Below, piece after piece: positions 1-10,939 of a stretch of 64,000 nucleotides of DNA. Below the pieces are notes generated by a model. That model was given only the letters and a program-made list of their open reading frames with translations, had not been told where the DNA came from and ran no database searches. The stretch is from Candidatus Krumholzibacteriota bacterium (GTDB lineage Bacteria > Krumholzibacteriota > Krumholzibacteriia > JAJRXK01). Position numbers and translations under genes: made by a program. How positions within the stretch are numbered: position 1 is the stretch's first letter; every line of letters begins with the position of its first letter. The DNA lies in the NCBI GenBank assembly GCA_963764625.1, contig CAVXTH010000006.1, positions 416,001 through 480,000 on the forward strand, in the 5' to 3' direction.

Positions 1-199
1 TCTGGAGATCGTGCTCAATACCGGTCTGGTGCTCGATGGCACCAGGCTCGAGCCTAAGTGGAGCACCGATGATTTCGGCACGATAATCGAACTTCTGGAC
101 ATCGACGGGGACGGGATCCAGGAGATTCTCGGTTACGATGACAACGGGAAGATGAAGATCTACGAGGCCGATCAGCAGCAGGAGAAACCGGTTCGTTGA
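1..199 (+). CDS. 3' end of a protein with an FG-GAP/VCBS-like repeat (partial, runs off the window)
   Basis: Frame is open from base 2 and contains LDIDGDGIQEIL (DxDGDG calcium-blade motif). Stop TGA at 197-199, followed by a terminator hairpin. Confidence 0.55.
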   Translation, partial: LEIVLNTGLVLDGTRLEPKWSTDDFGTIIELLDIDGDGIQEILGYDDNGKMKIYEADQQQEKPVR

Positions 200-217
200 G
201 CCGGGCGTTGCCGAGTG

Positions 218-253
218 AAAAAAACCCCGTCGAGAAATAACTCGACGGGGTTT
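218..253. terminator. Intrinsic terminator between convergent genes
   Basis: Perfect 13-bp stem AAACCCCGTCGAG / CTCGACGGGGTTT with a 6-nt loop. The A-run at 218-224 gives a U-tract on the minus strand. Confidence 0.85.
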
Positions 254-284
254 CATCCACTCAGGTCTTCGTCACGTTCCAATC

Positions 285-353
285 TCATTTACGTAACCAC
301 CAGAAGATGTCGACGCCCAAGATGAAGAGGCTTGCGATCGTTGCGAGTTGCAT
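285..353 (-). CDS. Putative 22-aa hydrophobic small protein MQLATIASLFILGVDIFWWLRK
   Basis: ATG at 353 is preceded by GAGGGAG 5 nt upstream; TGA at 285-287. It lies between the phosphatase stop and the terminator, and is below the ORF-track size cutoff. Confidence 0.45.
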   Translation of the reverse strand: MQLATIASLFILGVDIFWWLRK

Positions 354-425
354 GATTGCTCCCTCGATGGGACCCCGGACCGAATGTGACGAGACGCACG
401 CGGCACCGGAGTCACTGACGGATTG

Positions 426-2938
426 TCATGCTTTAGCAACAGCAGATACCGTGCCAGGGACTCCATCCTGGTGGAACTTGAGAACCAACAGGGTCTTATC
501 GTCCGTCGCCTCCCCTTCGGAAAACTCGGAGACGGCCTGAAAGACAGCATCTCGGATGGATTTTGCCTCTTGGTCGACCCTAGCCGTCAATTCTCGGACG
601 AAACGGGGAAGACCGAAGGAATCCGCGCTCTCATTCTCCTCGTCGACGATTCCATCGCTGTAGGCGGCGACGACGTCGCCCGGATGCAGGCGAATCCAAC
701 CATCGAAATAATGGGAGTTGGGAAGAACACCGAGGACCGGACCGCCGCGAGTGAGACTCTCCACACGACCCTCCGCGCTGCGCCACCACAGGGGAGGATC
801 GATTCCCGCGGTGCAGTAGTTGAGCATGCCGCTTTGCGGATCGAAGATGCCCAGGAAACAGGCGATGAAGTGATGCTCCGCCGTCATGCCGTGCACCTGT
901 TGGTTGAGGTGGTCGGCGATTTCGGAGCTACTCATGGAGGGCCTCGCCGTCTCCCTGAGCGCGGCGCGGACACTGCTCATCAACAAGCTGGCGGGCACTC
1001 CTTTTCCCGAGGCATCGGCGACCGCAATGAGGATGCGCTGATCGGGAAGTTCGAAGTAGTCGAAGACGTCTCCTCCCACCTGGCGGCACGGAACCATGCG
1101 GCCACTGAGCGAGAAGTTGGTCCCGTCTAGGTCCGGCGCAGGTAACAGTTGTGCCTGGATCTCGCGCGCGAGGTCCATCTCCGCAGAGATGCGCTCGCGG
1201 GCCAGGTCTTCCCGATGCATGAGGGCATTCTCCAAACTGATTCCAGCCTGATTGAGCAGCAGTCGGAAATGGTACAGCGCCACTTCGCCATAGATTTCGC
1301 CGGCGAGGGCGGGCCCCACCACGAATAGGGCGAGCGCTTGGTCTCGACCCCACAACGGAGCGAGCACCGTCGCATCGGTGGTGCCCAAGAACTGTTGACT
1401 GGAGCCGTCGAGGGGGAAGGGTCGAGGACCGGTCAGTTCGGGTTCGACCAGGAGCGGTTCCCGGCGCGAGAGCGTTGCGGTGAGAATGGATGAGTTGGAG
1501 TCGAGGGTCTGGGGAAGGGTCGAGTATTGCGGATCACCCTGGTGATCCTCGAGACTCAGCTGGTTGCCCTCGACTCGGTAAAAGCACACGTAGCGCGAGG
1601 GGAGAAGCTCCCCGCCGTGCGCGCACAAGAAGCGCGCCAGCTCCTGGGGAGAGCGCGTCCCGGTGAGCTCGGCCGTGAGCTGCCCGGCGCGCTGGCGCAG
1701 CTCGACCTGACCGGGATAGAAAATGCGGTCGATGAGCCTCGCGACGGGACGACGCGCGGGCACCGCCGCGATGCTGAGCGCGAAGATGGTGATAGTCGCC
1801 ACCAGGTAGATCATTCCCCGCCCGGTCCCTTCCACCCGCGATCCCAGTCCCAGGAAGAGAATGGCACCCAGGGCGGCCAGCGGCAGGGCGAGAGTCAAAG
1901 CGATCAACGCCTGACGCCCCAGATAGGCGATGTCGATGGTTCCGGTGCGCAGCAGGGCTACGCTGAAGGAGAGGGGAACGAAGGGTAGGAGCAGGAGACT
2001 GGCCTCCTCCAGAGGCGCAGGGTTCGCCGGCCACAGTTGTTGAGCCACCGTGGCGAGGGTGATGGGCAGAATCCCCAGGATCATCCCCACCAGGGTCAAG
2101 CGCAGTTTGCTCCAGAGAACCCAACGCTGTTCGCGGCGGATCTTCCGGTCGAAGACGACGATCGCGGCCACGATGTACACCGCGAAAAGAATGGCGGTGG
2201 CGAGTCCGACCCGGTTCACCATGGGACTGTCCGGAGGAACGGGAGAAATTACTGATGTAGAGATGGAAGAGCGCGAGAATCAGAGGAGGAGCCAGGAGCC
2301 AGCGATGGCGCGAACGTCCCGCGATCCCGGCGCCCTCGGGAAAGATCAGGAAAAAGCGCAAAAAGGCGGCAGGAAGCAGAAGGCCCGATGCGTTCCTGAG
2401 CAACTCCTCGAGCCGCATGATCCAGATCCAGGGAAAGGTCGGAAGGTCGAGCAAGAGGAACGCGAAGAGAATACAGATCGCGTAGAAGAGCCTTCCCAGA
2501 GCATCGTCTCGACGCAAGAACGTGATGAAGCCGAGGAAAACGAAGAGGAGCCCCATGGACGTGGCGAGGTAATCGCGAAATCTCCTCCCGGTACTGCGCT
2601 CTCCCATCTTCAGCTTCAGCTTCACTGCCTTGGACTGGCGGCGTAGCCTCCAGGACTGCCTCGTCACCGGCGTGCAGTCCGAAGGACGCGGCCTGGTAGG
2701 AGGCGTAGCCGGGAGTATTCTGCCCGTTTAACGAGAGGAGAACATCCTTGGGAAGAACCCCGGCCTCATCGGCAGGCCCGTCCGCGCGTACGGAGACGAT
2801 CTCGGTGCCGCGCAGGGACATTCCGCTGTCGGGCCGGCGCCACAGTTCCATCGAGCCGGGAAGCTCCAGGACGAGGAGCAGGGGGGCGAGGGCCAGGAGC
2901 ATGCGTCGACTGAGGCGGGAAGCGGATGGTCGGTGCAT
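426..2938 (-). CDS. Membrane-bound SpoIIE/PP2C-family phosphatase with N-terminal PDZ-like domain, multi-TM region and GAF-like domain (frameshifted near 2648 and 2228)
   Basis: PDZ-like segment VRADGPADEAGVLPKDVLLSLNG. PP2C motifs VGGDVFD, IAVADASGKGVPASLLM, YSDGIVD and DDKTLLVL. Three ORF pieces (2249-2938, 1534-2667, 426-2222) join collinearly. Confidence 0.8.
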
Positions 2939-3008
2939 GGCAGAGATCCCTCGCTCGAATCAAAAGACGGACGGACCCCGGGGAAGGGCGTTCCCGTCGA
3001 ACGGAATG

Positions 3009-6000
3009 CTATTTCAAGAGTACCATGGTTTTGCTGGATTGGTTGGTTTCGCCGCGCAGAAGTAGAAATAGGTGCCGGCGGAAACCGAGTGTCCGGCCGC
3101 ATCCGTTCCATCCCAGACCACGCGGTGCTCTCCCGCGGATAGCAACTCGTCGCGCAGAGTGGCGACGACCCGCCCCGACAGATCATAGATCTTGAGACTC
3201 GCTCGACCCGGCTGAGCCAGAGAGAACACGATCGTGGTGCGCGGATTGAAGGGGTTTGGGTAGTTCTGGCCCAAGACGAAGCGCGTGGCGGGGGCCGCGT
3301 CGAGAGAGAGGGAGAGCTCCGAGACACCCAGTTCGAGGTTCCCGCCCCCATCCTGCCAGTCAATGCGATAGCGCAACGAAGCGTGGGTCTGAATTCCCTG
3401 TGTATCATCCAGGAAGGAGATGCTGCCGTCTCGTGCCAGGAGGGGTTCGTCGTTTCTGAGTTCGAAAGGAGCGGAATTCACCGAGCGCGCGACGCGGAAG
3501 CTTCCCTCGACACCGAGCGGGACGTTCCAATTCAAGAGGACGCCCGTGCTCACCCGGCTGGCCGAGAGTTGTGAAATGAGCACCGGGACTCCCGTGGACT
3601 TCGCGGTCGTCAATTCCAGGCACCAGTCGAGGAGTCGTCCTTCATCACCTGCCGCCAGGTCCTTCACGACCAACGACCAATCTCCTTCCGCCGGTTCTCC
3701 CGAAAAGTCTGCCAGGGTTCCCGGCCCGTCGACCCGCGTGGAATCGGGATACAGGACGTGCAGATCGTCGAGGTCGCTGCCGGTGCGGTTGTGGAGAACC
3801 ACTTCGGTGCCCAGAGGCGAGCGCAGAACGACCTGCAGGTCCCCGCGCCAAGGGTGCTCGATGTTCACCCAGACTCGAAGCGCGTTGATCTCGCCGGATT
3901 GCGTGCTCATGAGGACCGAGCTCACTCCCTGTGAGTCTCCGTCGGGAATCACTCGTGTCGAGTCGTTGCAGCTCTTGATGACGGTGATCGGACGGAGTTG
4001 GAAATCGACGCCGCCGATCGTCTCTCCGTCTCCGAGGGTGAGCGACTTGGAAGCAGTTTCGAATCCGGCCGGGCCTTCCACCCAGATTTCATGGTTCCCC
4101 GAATACAAGGGGGCGAGAGAGTAGCCGCCGTCGGCGTCGGTGGAGGTGCTCAACCCGGAGGGTTCCTCCCAGACGCGCAGGCCCTCTACCACGGCGCTCT
4201 CGCTCGAGCTCACCGTACCGCCCACCGTGCAGTTGGGAGCCGGTTGGTCGGCGGTGAGGAAGTGGGCCGTGTTCTCGGCCAGGTCCGCGGCCAAGGCCGG
4301 GTCGCTCAGCTGAGAGTAGGCGAAGGCCCAGTACACGATCTGGGCGCTCGCGGGGCTGGTGTCGTTGTCGTAGACGAGAACCCCCGCGTTCGCCGCTTCA
4401 CTTTCGTTTCCGTAGAGGAGAAACGCATCCGTGGCAGGCACCATGGAATCCTGATCCCCGTATCCGCCGCTGGTGTCCACCGCGAGACTGGCGGGAAGAG
4501 AATTGGGGAAAGTGCGCAACGGCGTGTTCAAGGGGGTTGCGGTCAGAGCTCCGCTCGCGTCTCCCTCCCAGCGAAGCACGTGCAGGACTTCGTCGGCGAA
4601 CTGCGGGTAACCCGGATTGGAGGCCGCGTCGAACCCGATTTCACCACCTTCGATCAGCAGCTTGCCTCCGCTCTCGACCCAGGCCACGAGATTCGCCCGC
4701 AGGTTTGCATTCTCGGCCGGGGCCGTCGTCTGCCCGAACGAGGCCACCAGCAGATCATAGTTCTCCCAAGTTTGCGGATCGCTGCTCAGCGCGTCCTCCT
4801 CGGTAACGAGGAATCCGGCCGCGCTGAGGTCGGCGGTCAGGCGCGACGCGCTGACTCCCTTGACCTGACTCTCCGGGATGGGACTCTTCTGAAGCGAATC
4901 GAATTTGCGCGCGGCCGAGGAAGTAGTCTGTTCTCCGTTCAGGAGGAGCACTCTGCGCGGGGTGGCGATCACCGAGAACGAATGGGGCCCCGAGAGGGTG
5001 GTGTTGCCGTTGCTCGAAGCATCTCTGGCGGTAATGATGTAGGTGATCGAATCGCCCACCGACATCGCGAAGGCGGGGTAAGGGAACGGAGCCGCATACT
5101 GGTCGTTGCCCTGATCGACGAGATCGAAGTTCGGCATGAAGGCGCCATTTCGGTACCACCGGACACTCACGCTGAGAGACGCCCGAGGCGTCGTAGGCCT
5201 CGGCGTTGAGCGTGGGGGGCCAAAGTTCGATCGCCGTGTCGCCCAGCGGATCGTGATGGAGGGTGGGCGGAACCGAGTCACTGGCGACCGCGAAGGAATA
5301 AAAGCTCGCCAAGCCCCCTTGGGGCGAGAAGATCTCGACGCCCACCGAGTCTCTCGCACTTATCGCGTAGTCGATTCTTGCCTCGTGTCCGGGGCCCGGG
5401 ATCTCGCCGTGCCACTGATCGGGGCCCTGGTCCGCCATCACCACGATGGTCCAGGGGTCACTCGCACTGGCCCTCCAGTACAGGCGGACCGGATCTACCG
5501 TAGCCAGGGGTTTCACGTGTCCCACTTGCGCATCGACGGGATAGGGGCCATCGATGTTTTCGGTGGCGCTCAGCGGAGTGTGGACGATGTCGAGCTCGTA
5601 ACTGGGTTGGATTCCGTGCTCTTGATACGCGCTGTGAATTTCCGCGAGGTGTTGGCCCGAGAAGAGGGTCTCGTCGACTTGCAACATGGCATTGGCGAAG
5701 TCGACGAACTTCGCGGTGGTTCCGATGTGAAACAGCGATTCCACGACGAGCTCGTCGGTGGTCTGCTTACCCAGTTGGTTCCACAGGCGCCACCAGACGG
5801 CGGAGATGATCTCTCCGTCGGTGTGGATCTCGCCCACCATGTCCTGGGGGTAGACTTTCGTGGAGTCGGTGCGGCGCAGAAAGGGGGGCGGGCCAGGATT
5901 GTACGAGGTGGCGTCCCACTCGCCCACCAGGGGATTGGCGCCGAAGGTAGCCGCGACATAGTCGCCGAACGCTTCAGAGATCGCTCCGGTCTCTCCCGCA

Positions 6001-7313
6001 TTGGCAAAATCAGGCACGATGTTCTCGTGAATGGCATGGCCATATTCGTGGAGGACGATCTCTCCGTCCTCAGCGTCGTCGACGCCGCCGTCTCCGAAGC
6101 GGATGTCGTCGGTCACCGGGCTGTACATGCTGTTGTCCGCTGCGAGCGCGTGCGCGAAAATGCGGGTTGGCCGGTTGTTGGCGTCGAGGATTCCGAGCGA
6201 GGTCTGCAGATAATTCTGGAAGGCATCGATGTGCCAGTAGGCATTTACCGCATGAAACGACGATAGCGTGGAGTCGGCGCTGTAGTCGAACACCAATGAC
6301 GGTTCAGAGGGTTGCGTCGTGTAATCATTCCACGCGTCGACATAAGCTCCGCGAAGCAATCCAGATCCGTCCAGACGCTCCAGGGCCTGGTTCTCCCGAT
6401 AGCCATCGACCGGATCCCCATCCCGCAAATCGTAGCGCTCGGGGTGCCCATTGAGGGGATTGTCCACCAGGACCATTCCACTGCCTTGGCTCTGCAGCGC
6501 GGCCGGGTTGGTGACGAGATAGGGGGCAGGAAGAGTGGGCGGATCGAGGATGCGCGGAGCCGCACCGAGTTTCTTGCCTTCGGACATGGCGTTGGTGGTG
6601 CTCAGAACGCGCCCACTTACGGCGTCCACCTCGCTGACCCAGTCGCCCAGGGGAGCCCAGAGCGCCTGCGTCACTCTCCAGATGAGAATGCGACGCACGG
6701 GATCCAGCAGAAGCTCCACTCTTTCGGGCGCGCGCGGTTCTCCCTGCGCGCGCACCGCGCTCTTGGCTGCCGCCAGGGCGTCTTCACCAGCGACGGTCGG
6801 AACGGTCGACACACTCTCCAGACCAGAGCGATAGTGGTTATCGACTGCGATGATTCTCCCGGCGGGGTCCAGATGAACGCACACCCAACCGTCCTTCACG
6901 GGAACGCCCTGCACGAATTGCCGGCGCCAGAGATGAAGACCGCTCGCGCTGCGGCGCTCTCGGCTCACGCGAAGCTCGGCTGGGCCCGGTTGGTAAAGGC
7001 TCACCTCGCGACCGAAGAGCGCGAGAGCATGCTCTTGCAGGAAGGCTGTCGCGTGAGCCCGGGGATTTCCTGGAGGCGCCGGTCGCGACAGAATTTGGCG
7101 GGAAGCGTAGAGCTGGGGAGGGAGGGAATCGCCGATACTGGGCACGAGACGATAGCCCATGCGCCAGAGGGACGCGCCCTGGTCGCCAGGCGCAGTCGAT
7201 TGGCCTCGCGCCGGGGCGGCGAAGGCGAAGGGGATCAAAGAGAGAATGAGCCAACCAGCCCACGGAATCCGAGACCTCACAACGGCACCATCGACGGAGG
7301 AGTTCGCGACCAA
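3009..7313 (-). CDS. Large secreted M4/M36-type metallopeptidase with propeptide, proprotein-convertase P-domain and FlgD-Ig/T9SS-like C-terminal domain (frameshifted near 5175 and 3060)
   Basis: Signal peptide and FTP/PepSY-like prodomain. Zinc motifs HEYGHAIH and GAISEAFGDY. P-domain WVNIEHPWRGDLQVVLRSP. Tail QNYPNPFNPRTTI; the alternate frame gives the expected end LRGETNQSSKTMVLLK* (TAG 3009-3011). Confidence 0.8.
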
Positions 7314-7399
7314 CCGGCGAAATTGACGGATAGCGCTTGAATTATAAGGCCTTCTCGCGGACCTTGAAAGAGTCCCACCCGCGTCGGGAGCCAGGAGAG

Positions 7400-8089
7400 A
7401 TGTTGCGTACCCTTACTTGCGCTATAGGTTCTACGTATATTCTCTTTTTGACCGGCTGCGGGAGTGGACCTCCCCCTCCGGTGGAGATCACTCACGTCGA
7501 GCCAGGCTTCGAGGAAGCGCTCCGGACGGGATTCTCGGTGGCCCCGGTCGACCGGAGCGAGCCCATCTATGGGGGAGCGGAGTCGCTGGCGGAGTTCACC
7601 AACGGGCTGTACTCCTCCTTGCTGGCGTTCACCGAAGGCGTCGAGATCACCGAACCCGGTGTCGTACTCAAACGCGTCAAGCACGGTGGCGACGAGGCGC
7701 TGGCGCTCTTCCGGAAGTTCCAGCGCGAGCGCATCAACAAGTTGCCGCTCTCCACCAGCGATTGCACGCGGATCTTCCCCCTGGTGCTCCAGCGCTTCTT
7801 GTTCGTGCCCTGGGTCGAAGAGCACGAGGAGGCGGGAGTCGAGGATACGGTCTCCGGAGAGTACACCACCAAGATCGACTTCGCGGCCGACCTCAACAAC
7901 GTGAGTTTCAAGCAGTACGAGGGGCAGCTCTCCGGGGAGATGATCGATCTCGTCAAGGGCGAGGTTGTGTGGCGAGGAGTGGCGCGATACAAGACGGGCA
8001 AGATCTTCATCGGAAATCGCCCCGAGGATCTCTGGGCCTGCCGCACCAAGGCCGCGACGAACCTCGCGCGTCTTCTCAGCCTCGATTGA
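7400..8089 (+). CDS. Hypothetical lipoprotein
   Basis: AGGAG RBS before ATG 7400. Lipobox-like LFLTGC after a hydrophobic stretch. C-terminal MIDLVKGEVVWRG resembles DUF4136/LpoB-like lipoproteins. Confidence 0.6.
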   Translation: MLRTLTCAIGSTYILFLTGCGSGPPPPVEITHVEPGFEEALRTGFSVAPVDRSEPIYGGAESLAEFTNGLYSSLLAFTEGVEITEPGVVLKRVKHGGDEALALFRKFQRERINKLPLSTSDCTRIFPLVLQRFLFVPWVEEHEEAGVEDTVSGEYTTKIDFAADLNNVSFKQYEGQLSGEMIDLVKGEVVWRGVARYKTGKIFIGNRPEDLWACRTKAATNLARLLSLD

Positions 8090-8203
8090 CCCCCTTTCGT
8101 GCCCTGTGCTAATTTCTGCGTTTCTCGAGCCTTTTGGTGGGTGGAAGGGGCGGCTGCGTCCCGTTTCTTCAGTAGCGTCGCTTCGCGGCCTGGACGGTGG
8201 ACG

Positions 8204-10939
8204 ATGGACAAACAATTCGAGCCGAGGGGCCTCGAGCAGAAGTGGTACGACCGTTGGGAGGCAGCCGGGCTCTTCAAGCCGGAGAGCCACGGCAGTGGCC
8301 AACCCTACGTGATCACTCTTCCGCCGCCCAACGTGACCGGGGTTCTGCACATCGGACACTGCTTGGGAAACTCGGTCCAGGACTGTCTCATTCGTTTCTA
8401 CCGCATGAAAGGCAGGCCCGCGCTCTGGATTCCCGGCGCCGATCACGCTTCCATCGCCACCGAAAACAAGGTGGTGGAGGAGCTTGCCAAGGAAGGACTC
8501 TCGCGCGAAAAACTCGGCCGGGAGAAGTTTCTCGAACGAGCCTGGGACTGGTCGCGACGGCATCACGATCATATCGTCCTGCAACTCAAACGCTTCGGCG
8601 GAAGTCTCGATTGGGATCGCGAGGCATTCACTCTCGACGAGGCTCGCAACCGCGCGGTGACGGAAGCCTTCGTGAGACTGTATGAAAAGGGTCTCATCTA
8701 CCGTGGCGACTACATGGTGAACTGGTCGGTGGCGCAGCAGAGTGCCGTGAGCGATGAAGAGGTGGAGTACAGGGAGGTTGCGGGAAAGCTGTGGCACTTC
8801 CGCTACCCCCTAGAAGATGGCGGCTTTCTCACCATCGCGACCACGCGCCCCGAAACCATGCTCGGCGACAGCGCGGTGGCAATCCATCCCGACAATCCCA
8901 AGACGGCGCACCTGAAGGGAAAGACCGTCGTTCTTCCCCTGGTGGGGCGCCATATTCCCGTCATCGAAGACGACTATGTCGACCCGGAGTTCGGTTCGGG
9001 CTGCGTGAAGATCACTCCCAGCCACGATCCCAATGACTACGAAATCGGGAAGCGTCACGACTTGCCCTTCGTCAACATCCTCCGACCCGACGGCAAGCTG
9101 AGCGATACTGTTCCCGAGCGCTTCCGCGGTCTTGATCGATTCGAGGCGCGCAAACGCGTGGTGAGGGAACTGGAAGACCTGGGACTGGTGGAGAAAGTCC
9201 AGGACCACGTCCACAACGTGGGATACCACGATCGCACCGGGACCATCATCGAACCTTTCGTCTCCACCCAGTGGTTCCTCAAGATGGAGAGTCTGGCGAA
9301 ACCCGCGCTCGAAGCGGTGAGGTCCGGCGAGGTCACCCTGTTCCCGGAACGATGGGTGGGCGTCTATTACAACTGGATGACGAAGATTCGCGACTGGTGT
9401 ATTTCTCGCCAGCTCTGGTGGGGGCATCGCATCCCGGTGTGGTATTGCCCCGATCAACACGTGAACGTGGCGCGTGAAGCGCCCGCGAAGTGCTCGACCT
9501 GCGCTGCGACGGAGTTGCGCCAGGACGAAGACGTGCTGGATACCTGGTTCTCATCCTGGCTGTGGACCTTCTCACCTCTCGGCTGGCCCGATGAGACCCA
9601 GGACCTAAAGAAGTATCACCCGACTTCGACCCTGGTCACGGGCCACGAGATTATCTTCTTCTGGGTCGCGCGAATGATCATGGCCTCATACGAGTTTCTC
9701 GGCGAAAAGCCCTTCTCCGAAGTCGTGTTCACGGGAATCGTTCGCGACGATAAAGGCCGGAAGATGTCGAAGTCATTGGGGAACTCTCCCGATCCGATCG
9801 AGATCATCGAGAAATATGGGGCGGACGCGCTGCGGTTCGTTCTCTTGATGCTGGCCCCGACCGGACAGGACATCAACTTCGGCGAGGAAATGGTCGAGAC
9901 CGGCCAGCACTTCTGCAACAAGATCTGGAACGCGACGCGGCTACTGTTTTCCAATCTCGAAACGGCCGGCCTCGCGTTCCCGGCCGCCGATCCGAGCGCC
10001 ATGGCCAAAGATCTGGGTGCGGACTTACCCCGCGAGGATCCGGACGCGCTGTTCGCGACGCTCTATTTGAGAGTCTTCGGAGGCGCGCTGCCGTCGGTGG
10101 CCTTGGGTCCCCTGCAGCTGGAGGATCGCTGGATTCTGCAGGAGCTCTCCGACGCCGCTGCCAGGGTGGAGGCGGCGGTCGAGTCGCGGCGTCTCAACGA
10201 TGCCGCGCGTGGGGTCTACGAGGTGTTCTGGAAGGAATTCTGCGACTGGTATCTGGAGGTGATCAAGCCCCGCATGCAGGGAGACGATGTGGCGGACCGC
10301 AATACCGCCCTGCTCGTCGCACTCACCGTACACGGGATTCTGCTGCGGATCCTGCACCCATTCCTCCCCAACCTCAGCGAGGAGCTTTGGGAGCACCACC
10401 CCGCCAGCGCCGGCTTCTGCATGATTGCGCCGTTCCCCTCCTTCGGCTCCCCTTTGCCTTTCCAGACGGAAGCCGAACGCTTCCTACTCGTGAAGGAGCT
10501 GGTCGGCTCGGCACGAAATCTGCGCCATGAATTGAAGGTCGCGCCGGGCAAACGGGGCCGTCTGCTCTTGAGGGTGCCCAGTTCGCGGCTTTCCGAGGTG
10601 GGCGAACTCGCCTCTCACATCGCGGTTCTGGCAAAAATGGATGAAGTGGAAGTGGCGGGGCCGGGCGAGAAACCCGAGCGCAGCGTGGCCGCGGTGGTGG
10701 GCGAGGTGGAGATCTATCTGCCGATCGAGGGACTCATCGATCTCAAGAAAGAGGAATCACGTTTGCGAAAGGAAGCGGAACAAGCGCAGGGCAGACTGAA
10801 AGGCTTGCGAGCCAAGCTGGGGAATGAGAACTTCTTACGGAGAGCTCCGGGCGAGGTCATCGAGCGACAGCGCGCGCTGGCCGCCGAGGTCGAGGAGACC
10901 CTGCGGAAGCTAGAACAACAGCTGGCGGATCTGGAGTGA
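8204..10939 (+). CDS. valS: Valine--tRNA ligase
   Basis: PPPNVTGVLHIGH, DWCISRQLWWGHRIP, DVLDTWFSS and KMSKSLGN motifs, plus C-terminal coiled-coil. Confidence 0.97.
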   Translation: MDKQFEPRGLEQKWYDRWEAAGLFKPESHGSGQPYVITLPPPNVTGVLHIGHCLGNSVQDCLIRFYRMKGRPALWIPGADHASIATENKVVEELAKEGLSREKLGREKFLERAWDWSRRHHDHIVLQLKRFGGSLDWDREAFTLDEARNRAVTEAFVRLYEKGLIYRGDYMVNWSVAQQSAVSDEEVEYREVAGKLWHFRYPLEDGGFLTIATTRPETMLGDSAVAIHPDNPKTAHLKGKTVVLPLVGRHIPVIEDDYVDPEFGSGCVKITPSHDPNDYEIGKRHDLPFVNILRPDGKLSDTVPERFRGLDRFEARKRVVRELEDLGLVEKVQDHVHNVGYHDRTGTIIEPFVSTQWFLKMESLAKPALEAVRSGEVTLFPERWVGVYYNWMTKIRDWCISRQLWWGHRIPVWYCPDQHVNVAREAPAKCSTCAATELRQDEDVLDTWFSSWLWTFSPLGWPDETQDLKKYHPTSTLVTGHEIIFFWVARMIMASYEFLGEKPFSEVVFTGIVRDDKGRKMSKSLGNSPDPIEIIEKYGADALRFVLLMLAPTGQDINFGEEMVETGQHFCNKIWNATRLLFSNLETAGLAFPAADPSAMAKDLGADLPREDPDALFATLYLRVFGGALPSVALGPLQLEDRWILQELSDAAARVEAAVESRRLNDAARGVYEVFWKEFCDWYLEVIKPRMQGDDVADRNTALLVALTVHGILLRILHPFLPNLSEELWEHHPASAGFCMIAPFPSFGSPLPFQTEAERFLLVKELVGSARNLRHELKVAPGKRGRLLLRVPSSRLSEVGELASHIAVLAKMDEVEVAGPGEKPERSVAAVVGEVEIYLPIEGLIDLKKEESRLRKEAEQAQGRLKGLRAKLGNENFLRRAPGEVIERQRALAAEVEETLRKLEQQLADLE

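Noticed and set aside
8090-8203. Possible T-box leader before valS
   Set aside because: The gap is too short and has no T-box consensus or terminator.
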